A stretch of DNA of 64,000 nt from Nemertoderma westbladi (GCA_032718475.1 JAUCBJ010004458.1:1-64000); one strand, 5' to 3'; shown: positions 25,001 to 36,010, counted from the first letter of the stretch. Numbers and translations are program-made. The notes: generated by a model from the letters alone, not told the origin.

Positions 25001-28000
25001 GCGGTGCTGTGAGCATTGACTGCAGTAGGTAAGGTGCTGTGAACATAGACTATAGTAGGTGAGGTGTTGTGAACATAGACTACATTATGTGAGGTGCTGT
25101 GAACATAGACTATAGTAGGTGAGGTGCTGTGAACATAGACTACAGTATGTGCGGTGCTGTGAGCATTGACTGTAGTAGGTAAGGTGCTGTGAACATAGAC
25201 GACAGTAGGTGAGGTGCTGTGAACATAGACTACAGTATGTGCGGTGCTGTGAGCATTGACTGCAGTAGGTAAGGTGCTGTGAACATAGACTATAGTAGGT
25301 GAGGTGTTGTGAACATAGACTACATTATGTGAGGTGCTGTGAACATAGACTATAGTAGGCGAGGTGCTGTGAACATAGACTACAGTATGTGCGGTGCTGT
25401 GAGCATAGACTACAGTATGTGCGGTGCTGTGAGCATTGACTGCAGTAGGTAAGGTGCTGTGAACATAGACTATAGTAGGTGAGGTGTTGTGAACATAGAC
25501 TACATTATGTGAGGTGCTGTGAACATAGACTATAGTAGGTGAGGTGCTGTGAACATAGACTACAGTATGTGCGGTGCTGTGAGCATTGACTGTAGTAGGT
25601 AAGGTGCTGTGAACATAGACGACAGTAGGTGAGGTGCTGTGAACATAGACTACAGTATGTGCGGTGCTGTGAGCATTGACTGCAGTAGGTAAGGTGCTGT
25701 GAACATAGACTATAGTAGGTGAGGTGTTGTGAACATAGACTACAGTATGTGCGGTGCTGTGAGCATTGACTACAGTAGGTGTGGTGCTGTGAACATAAAC
25801 TACATTATGTGAGGTGCTGTGAACATAAACTACATTATGTGAGGTGCTGTAAACATAGACTACAGTAGGTGTGGTGCTGTGAACATAGACTATAGTAGGT
25901 GAGGTGCTGTGAACATAGACTACAGTATGTGCGGTGCTGTGAGCATTGACTGCAGTAGGTAAGGTGCTGTGAACATAGACGACAGTAGGTGAGGTGCTGT
26001 GAACATAGACTACAGTATGTGAGGTGCTGTGAACATAGACTACAGTATGTGCGGTGCTGTGAGCATTGACTGCAGTAGGTAAGGTGCTGTGAACATAGAC
26101 TATAGTAGGTGAGGTGTTGTGAACATAGACTACATTATGTGAGGTGCTGTGAACATAGACTATAGTAGGTGAGGTGCTGTGAACATAGACTACAGTATGT
26201 GCGGTGCTGTGAGCATTGACTGTAGTAGGTAAGGTGCTGTGAACATAGACGACAGTAGGTGAGGTGCTGTGAACATAGACTACAGTATGTGCGGTGCTGT
26301 GAGCATTGACTGCAGTAGGTAAGGTGCTGTGAACATAGACTATAGTAGGTGAGGTGTTGTGAACATAGACTACATTATGTGAGGTGCTGTGAACATAGAC
26401 TATAGTAGGCGAGGTGCTGTGAACATAGACTACAGTATGTGCGGTGCTGTGAGCATTGACTGCAGTAGGTAAGGTGCTGTGAACATAGACGACAGTAGGT
26501 GAGGTGCTGTGAACATAGACTACAGTATGTGAGGTGCTGTGAACATGAACTACATTATGTGAGGTGCTGTGAACATAGACTACAGTAGGTGAGGTGCTGT
26601 AAACATAGATTAAATTAGGTGAGGTACTGTGAACATAGACTATAGTAGGTGAGGTGCTGTGAACATAGACTACAGTATGTGCGGTGCTGTGAGCATTGAC
26701 TGCAGTAGGTAAGGTGCTGTGAACATAGACGACAGTAGGTGAGGTGCTGTGAACATAGACTACAGTATGTGAGGTGCTGTGAACATAAACTACATTATGT
26801 GAGGTGCTGTGAACATAGACTACAGTAGGTGTGGTGCTGTGAACATAGACTATAGTAGGTGAGGTGCTGTGAACATAGACTACAGTATGTGAGGTGCTGT
26901 GAACATAGACTACAGTGGGTGAGGTGCTGTGAACATAGACTACAGTATGTGAGGTGCTGTGAACATAAACTACATTATGTGTGGTGCTGTGAACACAGAC
27001 TACAGTAGGTGTGGTGTTGTGAACATAGACTATAGTAGGTGAGGTGCTGTGAACATAGACTACAGTATGTGCGGTGCTGTGAGCATTGACTGCAGTAGGT
27101 AAGGTGCTGTGAACATAGACGACAGTAGGTGAGGTGCTGTGAACATAGACTACAGTATGTGAGGTGCTGTGAACATGAACTACATTATGTGAGGTGCTGT
27201 GAACATAGACTACAGTAGGTGAGGTACTGTGAACATATACTACAGTGGGTGAGGTGCTGTGAACATAGACGACAGTATGTGAGGTGCTGTGAACATAGAT
27301 TAAATTAGGTGAGGTACTGTGAACATAGACTACAGTAGGTAAGGTGCTGTGAACATAGACTACATTAGGTGAGGTGTTGTGAACAAAGACGACAGTAGGT
27401 GAGGTGCTGTGAACATATACTACACGGTCGTGGGGCCTTCGCGCAGCACGAGGCCCAGTTATGAGATACAAATTAAAATTGTGCGACTGTATCACAAAAT
27501 CAGGTTATGAGAGATTAACCCACACCACCAATTAATCAAAGAAAGGGGGACAGTACGTGTTCACCCCTTTTAATCTGCACCCCCCCCCCCCCCCCCCCTC
27601 CCACCAATACATAACCGCGACATCTACCACCACGGAAGGGTAGCACGAACTTATTTCCAAACGCACGTTCAATATGCAAAGCCAGGTGGTTTACAGGAAT
27701 ATAATCAATGCAGTACTCGTCTTCATTATAAGCCTCTTTGCGTTCGACCTGTTTTGTATTAAAATATATTTATTAAACGCAGGCTGACGCTCTTTATAAT
27801 AATAATACCTAGGGATGCCAGCTTCCAGACTTTCAATCTTTACTGCCGCGCAAACCCCGCAGAGGAAGTTTTGGTTTGAGAGATCAAGCCCATCGGCAAT
27901 TGGTGTTTCAATTTCGGTCCAGGAACTCTGACAATGGGAGCATTCAATCTTAGCTGTGGTCCATTCCCGTGGTTTCGGCTTCCTTTTCTTCGTCCCAATG

Positions 28001-31000
28001 ACAGATTCTTCTGAAGACGTTCGATTCGCTTTCAGTTTATTGTTGGCGTTTGTGTTTTGAAGTTGTATTCGAGTGGACAGTCGCGCCGGTTTCGAGGTAA
28101 CCATACCGACCTGTGATAAGCGTTGGTTTTGTTGAGTGCCGGTATTCATCTTCTCTCACCTCTTCAATGTCAGATGTTGCAAATACTGATAACACGAATA
28201 ACGGTATATATTTCAATACTTGTCAATAGTAATATATATAATTTAGATAACTATTTTATATCTGTACTGTTGAGCAAACTCTACATAAATTCCAACCTGT
28301 GTATCGCCGGTAGTGCTGTTGCTGTGAAAGTGTTGACGTGCTAGTTGCCACCGGTCACGCGGTCAGCCGGTACCGGTAGTAGGGTGGTACCTACGGTGCG
28401 CACTACAACGGCAGTACAGCAATACGGTGTACCGTGCCAATGACTGAATGATTAGCGGTAACTATCTAAACTATTACTGTATTATATTATTATTACCGGT
28501 ACCGGTACTGGGCTAATTAGGCCTAAACTATAATCACCGCAAGGGTTGGCGGGGTCATGTTTAATTAGATTACATGATATGGCATGTCTGCAGTGTATGG
28601 TACCGGCTGACCAGTATTGCAGTATTGACTGATTGAGGGATTCTCGATTCAGGGAATGAGTACAGCCTGACAGTACCGGTACACATGGTACATGCAGAAT
28701 TGCAAAATTTGTAAGAAAACCAGCTGATATATCCTACAGTAATAATAATTTAACGCATTTTAAATTTGGATAAATAAATTTATTATAACTGCAATAACAG
28801 TTACACTGATGCTGCACGAAGGCCCCACGCAAATTCTACTTGGAAAATTTTCAAACTTTCGCCAAACAACATGTGTACCAAGTTTGGATAGATTTCATCA
28901 AGGATTGGCCGAGTTATTAACGTTTAAAATAAAATACTGAAAAAAAACGCGACAGAACGACAGGTTGATTAATGGTACCACTACGCTAAGGCTCACTCAC
29001 TTCGTGGCTCGCCCCACAGTGGGTGAGGTGCTGTGAACATAGACGACAGTATGTGAGGTGCTGTGAACATAGACTACATTAGGTGAACAATGGCAATGAG
29101 GTGTTATATAAATATGGTAACATCTCATTGCCAAGACCTAGCATCACCCTGCAGAAACGCCGTCTAATGCTTGCTGGGCACTGTTTCCGCCGGCAGGATC
29201 AACCTGTACACAACCTTGTGCTGTGGCAGCCTGCTGGCGAGAATAGACGTGATGGGCAGCCAATGACTTTCCTCAAACGCCTGCTCAAGGACACAGGACT
29301 TGAGAACAGGAATGAATTAGGAAATTGTATGGCTGACCGCAAGATCTGGGGGCGCTATGTTTCTGGGGCCGCCGGCACTGCACCCTAGTGCAAGCCGATC
29401 ATCATCATCATCACATTAGGTGAGGTGCTGTGAACATAGACTACTGTAGGTAAAGTGCTTTGAGCATTGACTACAGTAGGTGAGGTGCTGTGAACATAGA
29501 CGACAGTATGTGAGGTGCTGTGAACATAGACTACAGTAGGTGTAGTGCTGTGAACATAGACTATAGTAGGTGAGGTGCTGTGAACATAGACTACAGTATG
29601 TGAGGTACTGTGAACATAGACTACTGTAGGTAAGTTGCTGTGAGCATTGACTACAGTAGGTAAGGTGCTGTGAACATAGACGACAGTAGGTGAGGTGCTG
29701 TGAATATAGACTACAGTGGGTGAGGTGCTGTGAACATAGACGACAGTATGTGAGGTGCTGTGAACATAGACTACACTAGGTGAGGTGCTGTGAACATAGA
29801 CTACTGTAGGTAAAGTGCTGTGAGCATTGACTACAGTAGGTGAGGAGCTGTGAACATAGACGACAGTATGTGAGGTGCTGTGAACATAGACTACAGTAGG
29901 TGTAGTGCTGTGAACATAGACTATAGTAGGTGAGGTGCTGTGAACATAGATTACAGTATGTGTGGTGCTGTAAACATAGACTACTGGTAGATACGTGAGG
30001 TGCTGTGAACATAGACTACAGTAGGTGAGGTGCTGTGAATATAGACTACAGTAGGTGAGGTGCTGTGAACATAGACTACAGTAGGTGAGGTGCTGTGAAC
30101 ATAGACGACAGTATGTGAGGTGCTGTGAACATAGACTACATTAGGTGAGGTGCTGTGAACATAGACTAATGTAGGTAAAGTGCTGTGAGCATTGACTACA
30201 GTAGGTGAGGTGCTGTGTACATAGACGACAGTATGTGAGGTGCTGTGAACATAGACTACAGTAGGTGTAGTGCTGTGAACATAGACTATAGTAGGTGAGG
30301 TGCTGTGAACATAGACTACAGTAGGTGAGGTGCTGTGAACATAGACTCACAGTATGTGAGGTGCTGTGAACATAGACTACAGCATGTGAGGTGCTGTGAA
30401 CATAGACTATTAGGTGAGGTGCTTTGAGCATAGACTACAGGTGTGGTGCTGTGAGCATAGACTATTAGGTGAGGTGCTGTGAGTATAGACTACTGTAGAT
30501 ACGTGAGGTGATGTGAACATAGACTACGGTAGGTGAGGTGCTGTGAACATAGACTACAGGTGTGGTGCTGTGAGCATAGACTATTAGGTGAGGTGCTGTG
30601 AGTATAGACTACAGTAGGTGTAGTGCTGTGAACATAGACTATAGTAGGTGAGGTGCTGTGAACATAGACTACAGTAGGTGAGGTGCTGTGAACATAGACT
30701 CACAGTATGTGAGGTGCTGTGAACATAGACTACAGCATGTGAGGTGCTGTGAACATAGACTATTAGGTGGGGTGCTTTGAGCATAGACTACAGGTGTGGT
30801 GCTGTGAGCATAGACTATTAGGTGAGGTGCTGTGAGTATAGACTACTGTAGATACGTGAGGTGATGTGAACATAGACTACGGTAGGTGAGGTGCTGTGAA
30901 CATAGACTACAGGTGTGGTGCTGTGAGCATAGACTATTAGGTGAGGTACTGTGAGTATAGACTACGGTAGGTGAGGTGCTGTGAACATAGACTACAGTAC

Positions 31001-34000
31001 GTGAGGTGCTGTGAATATACACTATTAGGTAAGGTGCTGTGAGCATAGACTACGGTAGGTGGGGTGCTGTCAACATATACTACAGTGGGTGAGGTTCTGT
31101 GAGCATAGACTACAGTAGGTGAGGTGCTGTAAACATAGACTAATGTAGGTAAAGTGCTGTGAGCATTGACTACAGTAGGTGAGGTGCTGTGAACATAGAC
31201 GACAGTATGTGAGGTGCTGTGAACATAGACTACAGTAGGTGTAGTGCTGTGAACATAGACTATAGTAGGTGAGGTGCTGTGAACATAGACTACAGTAGGT
31301 GAGGTGCTGTGAACATAGACTCACAGATGTGAGGTGATGTGAACATAGACTACAGTAGGTGAGGTGCTGTGAACATAGACTACAGGTGTGGTGCTGTGAG
31401 CATAGACTATTAGATGAGGTGCTGTGAGTATAGACTACGGTAGGTGAGGTGCTGTGAACATAGACTACAGGTGTGGTGCTGTGAGCATAGACTATTAGGT
31501 GAGGTGCTGTGAGTATAGACTACTGTAGATACGTGAGGTGATGTGAACATAGACTACGGTAGGTGAGGTGCTGTGAACATAGACTACAGGTGTGGTGCTG
31601 TGAGCATAGACTATTAGGTGAGGTGCTGTGAGTATAGACTACGGTAGGTGAGGTGCTGTGAACATAGACTACAGTACGTGAGATGCTGTGAATATACACT
31701 ATTAGGTAAGGTGCTGTGAGCATAGACTACGGTAGGTGGGGTGCTGTCAACATATACTACAGTGGATGAGGTGCTGTGAACATAGACTACAGTACGTGTG
31801 GTGCTGTGAACATAGACTACAGTAGGTGAGGTGTTGTGAACAAAGACTACAGTAGGTGAGGTGCTGTAAGCATAGACTACAGTATGTGAGGTGCTGTGAA
31901 CATAGACTACAGTATGTGTGGTGCTGTGAACATAGACTACATTAGGTGAGGTGTTGTGAACAAAGACTACAGTAGGTGAGGTGCTGTAAGCATAGACTAC
32001 AGTATGTGAGGTGCTGTGAACATAGACTACAGTATGTGTGGTGCTGTGAACATAGACTACATTAGGTGAGGTGCTGTGAACATAGACTACTGTAGGTAAA
32101 GTGATGTGAGCATTGACTACAGTAGCAGTAGGTGAGGTGCTGTTAGCATAGACTACAGCAGGTGAGGTTCTGTGAGCATAGACTACAGTGGGTGAGATTC
32201 TGTGAACATAGACTACAGTAGGTGATGTGCTGTAAACATAGACTACAGTATGTGAGGTGCTGTGAACATAGACTACAGTACGTGTGGTGCTGTGAACATA
32301 GACTACAGTAGGTGAGGTGTTGTGAACAAAGACTACAGTAGGTGAGGTGCTGTAAGCATAGACTACAGTATGTGAGGTGCTGTGAACATAGACTACAGTA
32401 TGTGTGGTGCTGTGAACATAGACTACATTAGGTGAGGTGCTGTGAACATAGACTACTGTAGGTAAAGTGATGTGAGCATTGACTACAGTAGGTGAGGTGC
32501 TGTGAACATAGACTACAGTAGGTGATGTGTTGTGAACATTGACTACAGTAGGTGAGATTCTGTGAACATAGACTACAGTAGGTGAGGTGCTGTAAACATA
32601 GACTACACAGTATGTGAGGTGCTGTGAACATAGACTACAGTAGGTGAGGTGCTGTGAACATAGACTACAGTAGGTGTGGTGCTGTCAACATAGACTACAG
32701 TATGTGTGGTGCTGTGAACATAGACTACAGTAGGTGTAGTGCTGTGAACATAGACTACAGTATGTGTGGTGCTGTAAACATAGACTACTGTAGATACGTG
32801 AGGTGATGTGAACATAGACTACAGTAGGTGAGGTGCTGTGAACATAGACTACAGTATATGTGGTGCTGTAAACATAGACTACAGTATGTGTGGTGCTGTA
32901 AACATAGACTACTCTAGATACGTGAGGTGATGTGAACATAGACTACAGTAGGTGAGGTGCTGTGAACATAGACTACAGTAGGTGTGGTGCTGTGAACATA
33001 GACTACTGTAGATACGTGAGGTGATGTGAACATAGACTACAGTGGGTGAGGTGCTGTGAACATAGACTACAGTATGTGTGGTGCTGTAAACATAGACTAC
33101 TGTAGATACGTGAGGTGATGTGAACATAGACTACAGTAGGTGTGGTGCTGTGAACATAGACTACAGTATGTGTGGTGCTGTAAACATAGACTACTGTAGA
33201 TACGTGAGGTGATGTGAACATAGACTACAGTAGGTGAGGTGATGTGAACATAGATTACAGTAGGTGTGGTGCTGTGAACATAGACTATAGTAGGCGTGAT
33301 GCTGTAAACATAGACTACTGTAGATACGTGAGGTGATGTGAACATAGACTACAGTAGGTGAGGTCCTGTGAACATAGACTACAGTAGGTGTGGTGCTGTG
33401 AACATAGACTACTGTAGATACGTGAGGTGATGTGAACATAGACTACAGTAGGTGTGGTGCTGTGAACATAGACTACAGTATGTGTGGTGCTGTAAACATA
33501 GACTACTGTAGATACGTGAGGTGATGTGAACATAGACTACAGTAGGTGAGGTGCTGTGAACATAGACTACAGTAGGTGTGGTGCTGTGAACATAGACTAT
33601 AGTAGGTGTGGTGCTGTAAACATAGACTACTGTAGATACGTGAGGTGATGTGAACATAGACTACAGTAGGTGAGGTGCTGTGAACATAGACTACAGTAGG
33701 TGTGGTGCTGTGAACATAGACTACTGTAGATACGTGAGGTGATGTGAACATAGACTACAGTAGGTGAGGTGCTGTGAACATAGACTACAGTAGGCGAGGT
33801 GCTGTAAACATAGACTACGGTATGTGAGGTGCTGTGAACATAGACTACAGTATGTGTGGTGCTGTAAACATAGACTACTGTAGGTGTGATGCTGTGAACA
33901 TAGACTACAGTATGTGTGGTGCTGTAAACATAAGACTACTGTAGATACGTGAGGTGCTGTGAACATAGACTACAGTAGGTGTGGTGCTGTGAACATAGAC

Positions 34001-35259
34001 TACTGTAGATACGTGAGGTGATGTGAACATAGACTACAGTATTGTTGTGCTGTAAACATAGACTACTGTAGGTAGATACGTGAGGTGATGTGAACATAGA
34101 CTACAGTATGTGTGGTGCTGTAAACATAGACTACTGTAGATACGTGAGGTGCTGTGAACATAGACTACAGTATGTGTGGTGCTGTAAACATAGACTACTG
34201 TAGATACGTGAGGTGCTGTGAACATAGACTACAGTATGTGTGGTGCTGTAAACATAGACTACAGTATGTGTGGTGCTGTGAACATAGACTACTGTAGATA
34301 CGTGAGGTGATGTGAACATAGACTACAGTCGGTGAGGTGCTGTGAACATAGACGGCAGTCGGTGAGGTGTTGTGAACATAGACTACAGTAGGTGTGGTGC
34401 TGTGATCATAGACAACAGCAAAGTGATGTCTACACAGACTTCGTAAAGTCTTGTAAACATACTGTAATCTACTGTAAAGCAAAGTGATGTCTACATAGTC
34501 TACAGAAAAGTGATGTCTACCATCTACAGTACATAGACTTCATAAAGTCTTGCAAACATGGTCTACAGCAAAGTGATGTCAACATACTGTAGAATACAAT
34601 AAATTGATGTCTACATAGATTACATAAAGCAAAGTTATTATATCTAAGCCTACAGGACTACATAAAGCCATTACTGTAGGTACATAGACTAGCAAAGTGT
34701 TGTGTACAAAGACCACATCAAGATCAAAGTGCTGTCTACTTAGACTACAGCAAAGTGCTTTTTACATAAAACTACAGTAAAATGCTGTCTACATAAACAG
34801 CAAAGTGATGTCTACATATAGAGTCTTGAGTCTTCAGCACTCGTCCACGCGTCCCGTAAATTATTTATGTAAATAATAAAATCGTCATAGTAAAGTTATT
34901 GTATTCCGAAAACGTTTTTGTTTCAGATGGTTTTGCAGCAGTTGTACGATGTTATCGGTACTAGAATCCCTCCCTCTTCCCAACTCGAAACATTCACGCT
35001 ATCATGTGTCCGGTTGGCATGGCAACTCTGTATCAACAGCCCGCCATTGACTCTCGAGTACCGGTCAAACGACTTCGACCACGCTATCCACCAAATAGCC
35101 GCCCCGACATCCCAGGGAGAGTCAACTGATTCTTCTTCGCCGCTTCCGGTTGCTAAGGCAACAAACATTCAGTACCGTTGGCCAGGACTTATTATAAAAA
35201 ACAGTGGGGAGTGTTTAGTGAGGGCACAAGTATCTCAGGCCTTACCGTTTTCCAATTAA
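3568..35259 (+). CDS. Multi-exon gene encoding a protein of about 670 aa with a C-terminal mitochondria-eating protein (MIEAP/SPATA18)-like domain; exons 3568(or 3584)-4042, 6934-7117, 7793-7966, 8972-9180, 9770-9947, 22918-23194, 23814-23996, 34927-35259
   Basis: All junctions are GT-AG and the phases chain without stops (1,2,2,1,2,0,0). The last exon has the MIEAP-type pattern CVRLAWQLCINSPPL...WPGL...GECLVRAQV. The start is uncertain: in-frame ATG at 3568 or an acceptor at 3583. Confidence 0.8.
4018..6850 (+). repeat. 41-bp minisatellite (GGGAAACATCTAGCGGAACAGTTAG|GTAAGGTAATAATGTC) amplified from the exon 1/intron 1 junction; becomes an 86-bp dimer after about 5760
   Basis: First unit is 25 exonic nt (4018-4042) plus 16 intronic nt; about 35 near-identical units to about 5450, then diverged units. 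Confidence 0.97.
6311..6681 (-). mobile_element. 5'-truncated non-LTR retrotransposon 3' end (RTE-like), inserted in the 41-bp array
   Basis: ORF 6346-6684 RLRFAGHCFRREDQPVHNLVLWQP...LKDTGL; 12-bp TSD CATCTAGTGGAC at 6299-6310 and 6682-6693. Confidence 0.88.
6934..7117 (+). CDS. MIEAP-domain gene exon 2
   Basis: tttgttag|CC TTA CAC...CCG ACA AG|gttggt; phase 1 to phase 2. Confidence 0.82.
7793..7966 (+). CDS. MIEAP-domain gene exon 3
   Basis: ttttcag|G TAT AGT CAC...TTA CG|gtaaat; YSHQRLM...RIDGDKEAL. Confidence 0.85.
8972..9180 (+). CDS. MIEAP-domain gene exon 4 (frame not in the ORF track)
   Basis: ttttatag|G TTA TTT AAC...GTT GAT G|gtaagt; LFNDRRKDRRFDGSIPILSVLMEHAKALQ. Confidence 0.8.
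9352..9430 (+). mobile_element. tRNA-derived SINE head (degenerate)
   Basis: A-box-like GTGGCTCAGTTGGCAAAGCG and B-box-like GAGTTCAATC; follows a (GTT)n tract; no clean cloverleaf. Confidence 0.55.
9770..9947 (+). CDS. MIEAP-domain gene exon 5 (coiled coil)
   Basis: tttttttag|GA TCC CAT...CAA AG|gttaga. Confidence 0.82.
10837..11685. mobile_element. MITE/foldback with about 220-bp TIRs and TA ends; a further partial TIR copy at about 10621-10700
   Basis: TAGTTCTTTTTACAGAACACAAGCG...ATTTCTTATCA (10837-11057) is the reverse complement of 11465-11685. Confidence 0.9.
12345..13959. mobile_element. Non-autonomous DNA transposon, about 100-bp imperfect TIRs, TA flanks, about 1.4 kb of unrelated interior
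   Basis: TGAAACGCCGTTGACACCAAAGTTTATCACTACTCACCAAAGTACAGT versus ACTGTACTTTGGTGAGTAGTGATAAATTTTGGCGTCAACGGCGTTCCA, with TA on both sides. Confidence 0.8.
14224..14233 (-). promoter_or_regulatory. Candidate polyadenylation signals (overlapping AATAAA) of MRPS26
   Basis: tttatttatt about 45 nt downstream of the stop codon. Confidence 0.5.
14275..15834 (-). CDS. MRPS26: Mitochondrial ribosomal protein S26 (mS26) with a long C-terminal repeat extension; uninterrupted 519-aa ORF
   Basis: Presequence-like N-terminus, RKPRYIPTSASK..RVREP, coiled coil NREWNERVAAERGERL, and IDTALDNPKDYNY...DG match the mS26 pattern from memory. Confidence 0.82.
   Translation of the reverse strand: MMSLTLGRTGKLFVCPGHVAMVSQKRYRKPRYIPTSASKVGRVREPTPINVDDTLFLQSAYETYGRQMELLKEHFKKELEFENNLGNSPLQAVAVKAEDNLRREQVNREWNERVAAERGERLREESLMLAESDRTESNTGEVKQTEEELSEVQEMLESSINYKNIEEVIDTALDNPKDYNYYGLADGSKVVTPTTPWVGSRDPEVIEPIGERERLIALFRGRRTTAAAMAEGVNVPMPPQRGARGLEWWSDTILPETSSLWDNKNSPVPDSTGTPGWYDDESRDVSVGQGADIIQARGPDRYKSGASDKYRDVGRYDSGRPDRYSEGRPDRYSEGRPDRYSDGRPDRHNERRPDRYSEGRPNRYTEGRPGRYAEGRPDRYTDGRPGRYAEGRPDRYTDGRPDRYNERRPDRHNERCPDRSNYGCPDRYNEGRPDRYNVRHLEGRPDRHREERPDRHNEGYPDRHNEERPDRHREERPDRHNEGYPDRHNVGRRRYNDDLRDADSHKVADKDLDHEDGDR
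14360..14945 (-). repeat. 24-bp coding tandem repeat (EGRPDRYS/EERPDRHN), about 22 units
   Basis: TGTATCTGTCCGGACGCCCTTCAC period of 24 on the plus strand, inside the MRPS26 ORF. Confidence 0.95.
16567..17969 (-). CDS. Ttd14: TRPL translocation defect protein 14-like (P-loop AAA_28/NadR-type NTPase plus CYTH-like domain); main exon 16567 to about 17872, probable micro first exon 17959-17969
   Basis: LVLTGGPCGGKTT Walker A, ICDRG, YDQVVHMVSAANGA, C-terminal YFQLDEY/LETY/PPFLEVKKEIT. ATG GCA GCA TG|gtaaat joins in phase to a ttag acceptor at 17873 or 17864. Confidence 0.88.
18848..19387 (+). CDS. HMGB-like protein: two HMG boxes and a short acidic tail; intronless CDS
   Basis: KRPLSAYFYF...GEEWRSL...DKKRYDTEM and KRPPSAYILF...AWKAL...Y; tail DEDDDSYESDE; AATAAA at 19482. 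Confidence 0.93.
   Translation: MSSKSKQAKKAAKPGSHIKRPLSAYFYFTNNLRDQYKKQGKQLAPTLFAKVSGEEWRSLTENQRKPFDLKAQQDKKRYDTEMAPYRKEKEAKVKRPPSAYILFTSDFRKKLTVKERSNVTQVIRDASVAWKALGAVEKKKYENKAAELKAAWKSAGDSKAVATGNNVGDEDDDSYESDE
20451..21688 (+). mobile_element. 5'-truncated, frameshifted LINE (CR1/L2-group-like), RT C-terminal part
   Basis: YADD at 20487, KTESILF and VKYLGAILD, consecutive ORFs in shifted frames, 3' hairpin, (TATC)n tail, possible TSD AATGCC at 20445 and 21689. Confidence 0.88.
22918..23194 (+). CDS. MIEAP-domain gene exon 6
   Basis: gtcgcag|G ATA TCG...ATG GTG|gtaagt; phase 2 matches exon 5. Confidence 0.8.
23814..23996 (+). CDS. MIEAP-domain gene exon 7
   Basis: cattgcag|CTG TCA TTC CGC...CAT CAG|gttggg. 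Confidence 0.82.
27425..29015. mobile_element. 1.6-kb insertion in the 30-bp array; Helentron/DINE-like non-autonomous element with a CxxC...CxxC ORF remnant (27691-28149, minus strand)
   Basis: Splits the unit CATATACTACA|GTGGGTGAGG; end GCTAAGGCTCACTCACTTCGTGGCTCGCCC recurs near 18490, 43200 and 51390; CATGTGTACCAAGTTTGG motif. Confidence 0.65.
29087..29412 (+). mobile_element. 5'-truncated RTE-like LINE 3' end, inserted in the 30-bp array
   Basis: RLMLAGHCFRRQDQPVHNLVLWQP...LKDTGL; (ATC)n tail; 11-bp TSD ACATTAGGTGA at 29076 and 29413. Confidence 0.9.
34927..35259 (+). CDS. MIEAP-domain gene last exon (MIEAP C-terminal domain)
   Basis: ttttgtttcag|ATG GTT TTG...; CVRLAWQLC...PPL...WPGL...GECLVRAQV, TAA. 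Confidence 0.85.
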   Translation: MVLQQLYDVIGTRIPPSSQLETFTLSCVRLAWQLCINSPPLTLEYRSNDFDHAIHQIAAPTSQGESTDSSSPLPVAKATNIQYRWPGLIIKNSGECLVRAQVSQALPFSN

Positions 35260-35919
35260 TATTGTCAGTGTAGAGTGATTTGTTGAAGTAATTAGCTGTG
35301 CATCAGTATTACAAGATTGGGAAACGTAAAGTTAAAGTGTTGGGCGCGCAGACTGAAAGTCAAATGGGGTGCTTTACAACTGAAAGGGGTTTTTTTACAA
35401 ATTAATTTCCGGTTAATTTCTATTTTTTTTATTTTGTAATCCGTTTTTAATTCAGTTGATGAAGTATAGTACAGTAGTAGTGGTAAAATAATTTATTATA
35501 ATAAATGCCCCTATTAGGGGCCAACAGTTAGGGTTTATTTTGCCTTGCAATACAATATTTTTAGCAACAAGATCAGAATCATTTATCAGAGTTTATTATA
35601 AATAATAAATTTGATCGGTTTATTCTCAGAAGAAACTTTCACTACTGCCTTGTTCTTAGATAAATATCTCAGATCGTTCTTTAATAATCTCCAGTACCAA
35701 TATCACTCAAACAGGATGCGCAACATATGAGAACCATTTATGTCAACTATCAACTCGAAAGGATAATAAACAAAAAAATATCCCCTGAGATATGGGATAT
35801 TTCCCTACACAGCAGTTGACTGGAGAACTTCTCATCAAGCACTCACAGAGACTCAGCCAAAGGTTCTGTAAACATCTGCCAATTAAAAATCCAAGCCTCG
35901 AAAAAATCCAAGGCGCCTT

Positions 35920-36010
35920 AAGCGTTTAGTGGCTAAATCTGTTGTCTTGAATACACATCCATCTGGAGGACGTCGTGGGTTCGATCCCTGTATGAGGGCT
36001 CTAGGGTAGG
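35920..36010 (+). mobile_element. tRNA-derived SINE-like head
   Basis: TAGTGGCTAA A-box-like motif and GGTTCGATCCC B-box. Confidence 0.45.

Larger units (their letters stand above)
24010..34420 (+). repeat. 30-bp minisatellite (GTGCTGTGAACATAGACTACAGTAGGTGAG), roughly 280 units, interrupted by two insertions; degenerate tail to about 34830
   Basis: Period of 30 visible directly; starts about 15 nt after the exon 7 donor and fills most of intron 7. Confidence 0.98.

Noticed and set aside
23851-27495. 1214-aa ORF as a real gene
   Set aside because: It is a translation of a 30-bp satellite, begins inside a transposon without ATG and overlaps a host exon antisense; kept only as a low-interest finding
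29776-34482. Many short SLCSQH/VVYVHS ORFs
   Set aside because: Satellite translations
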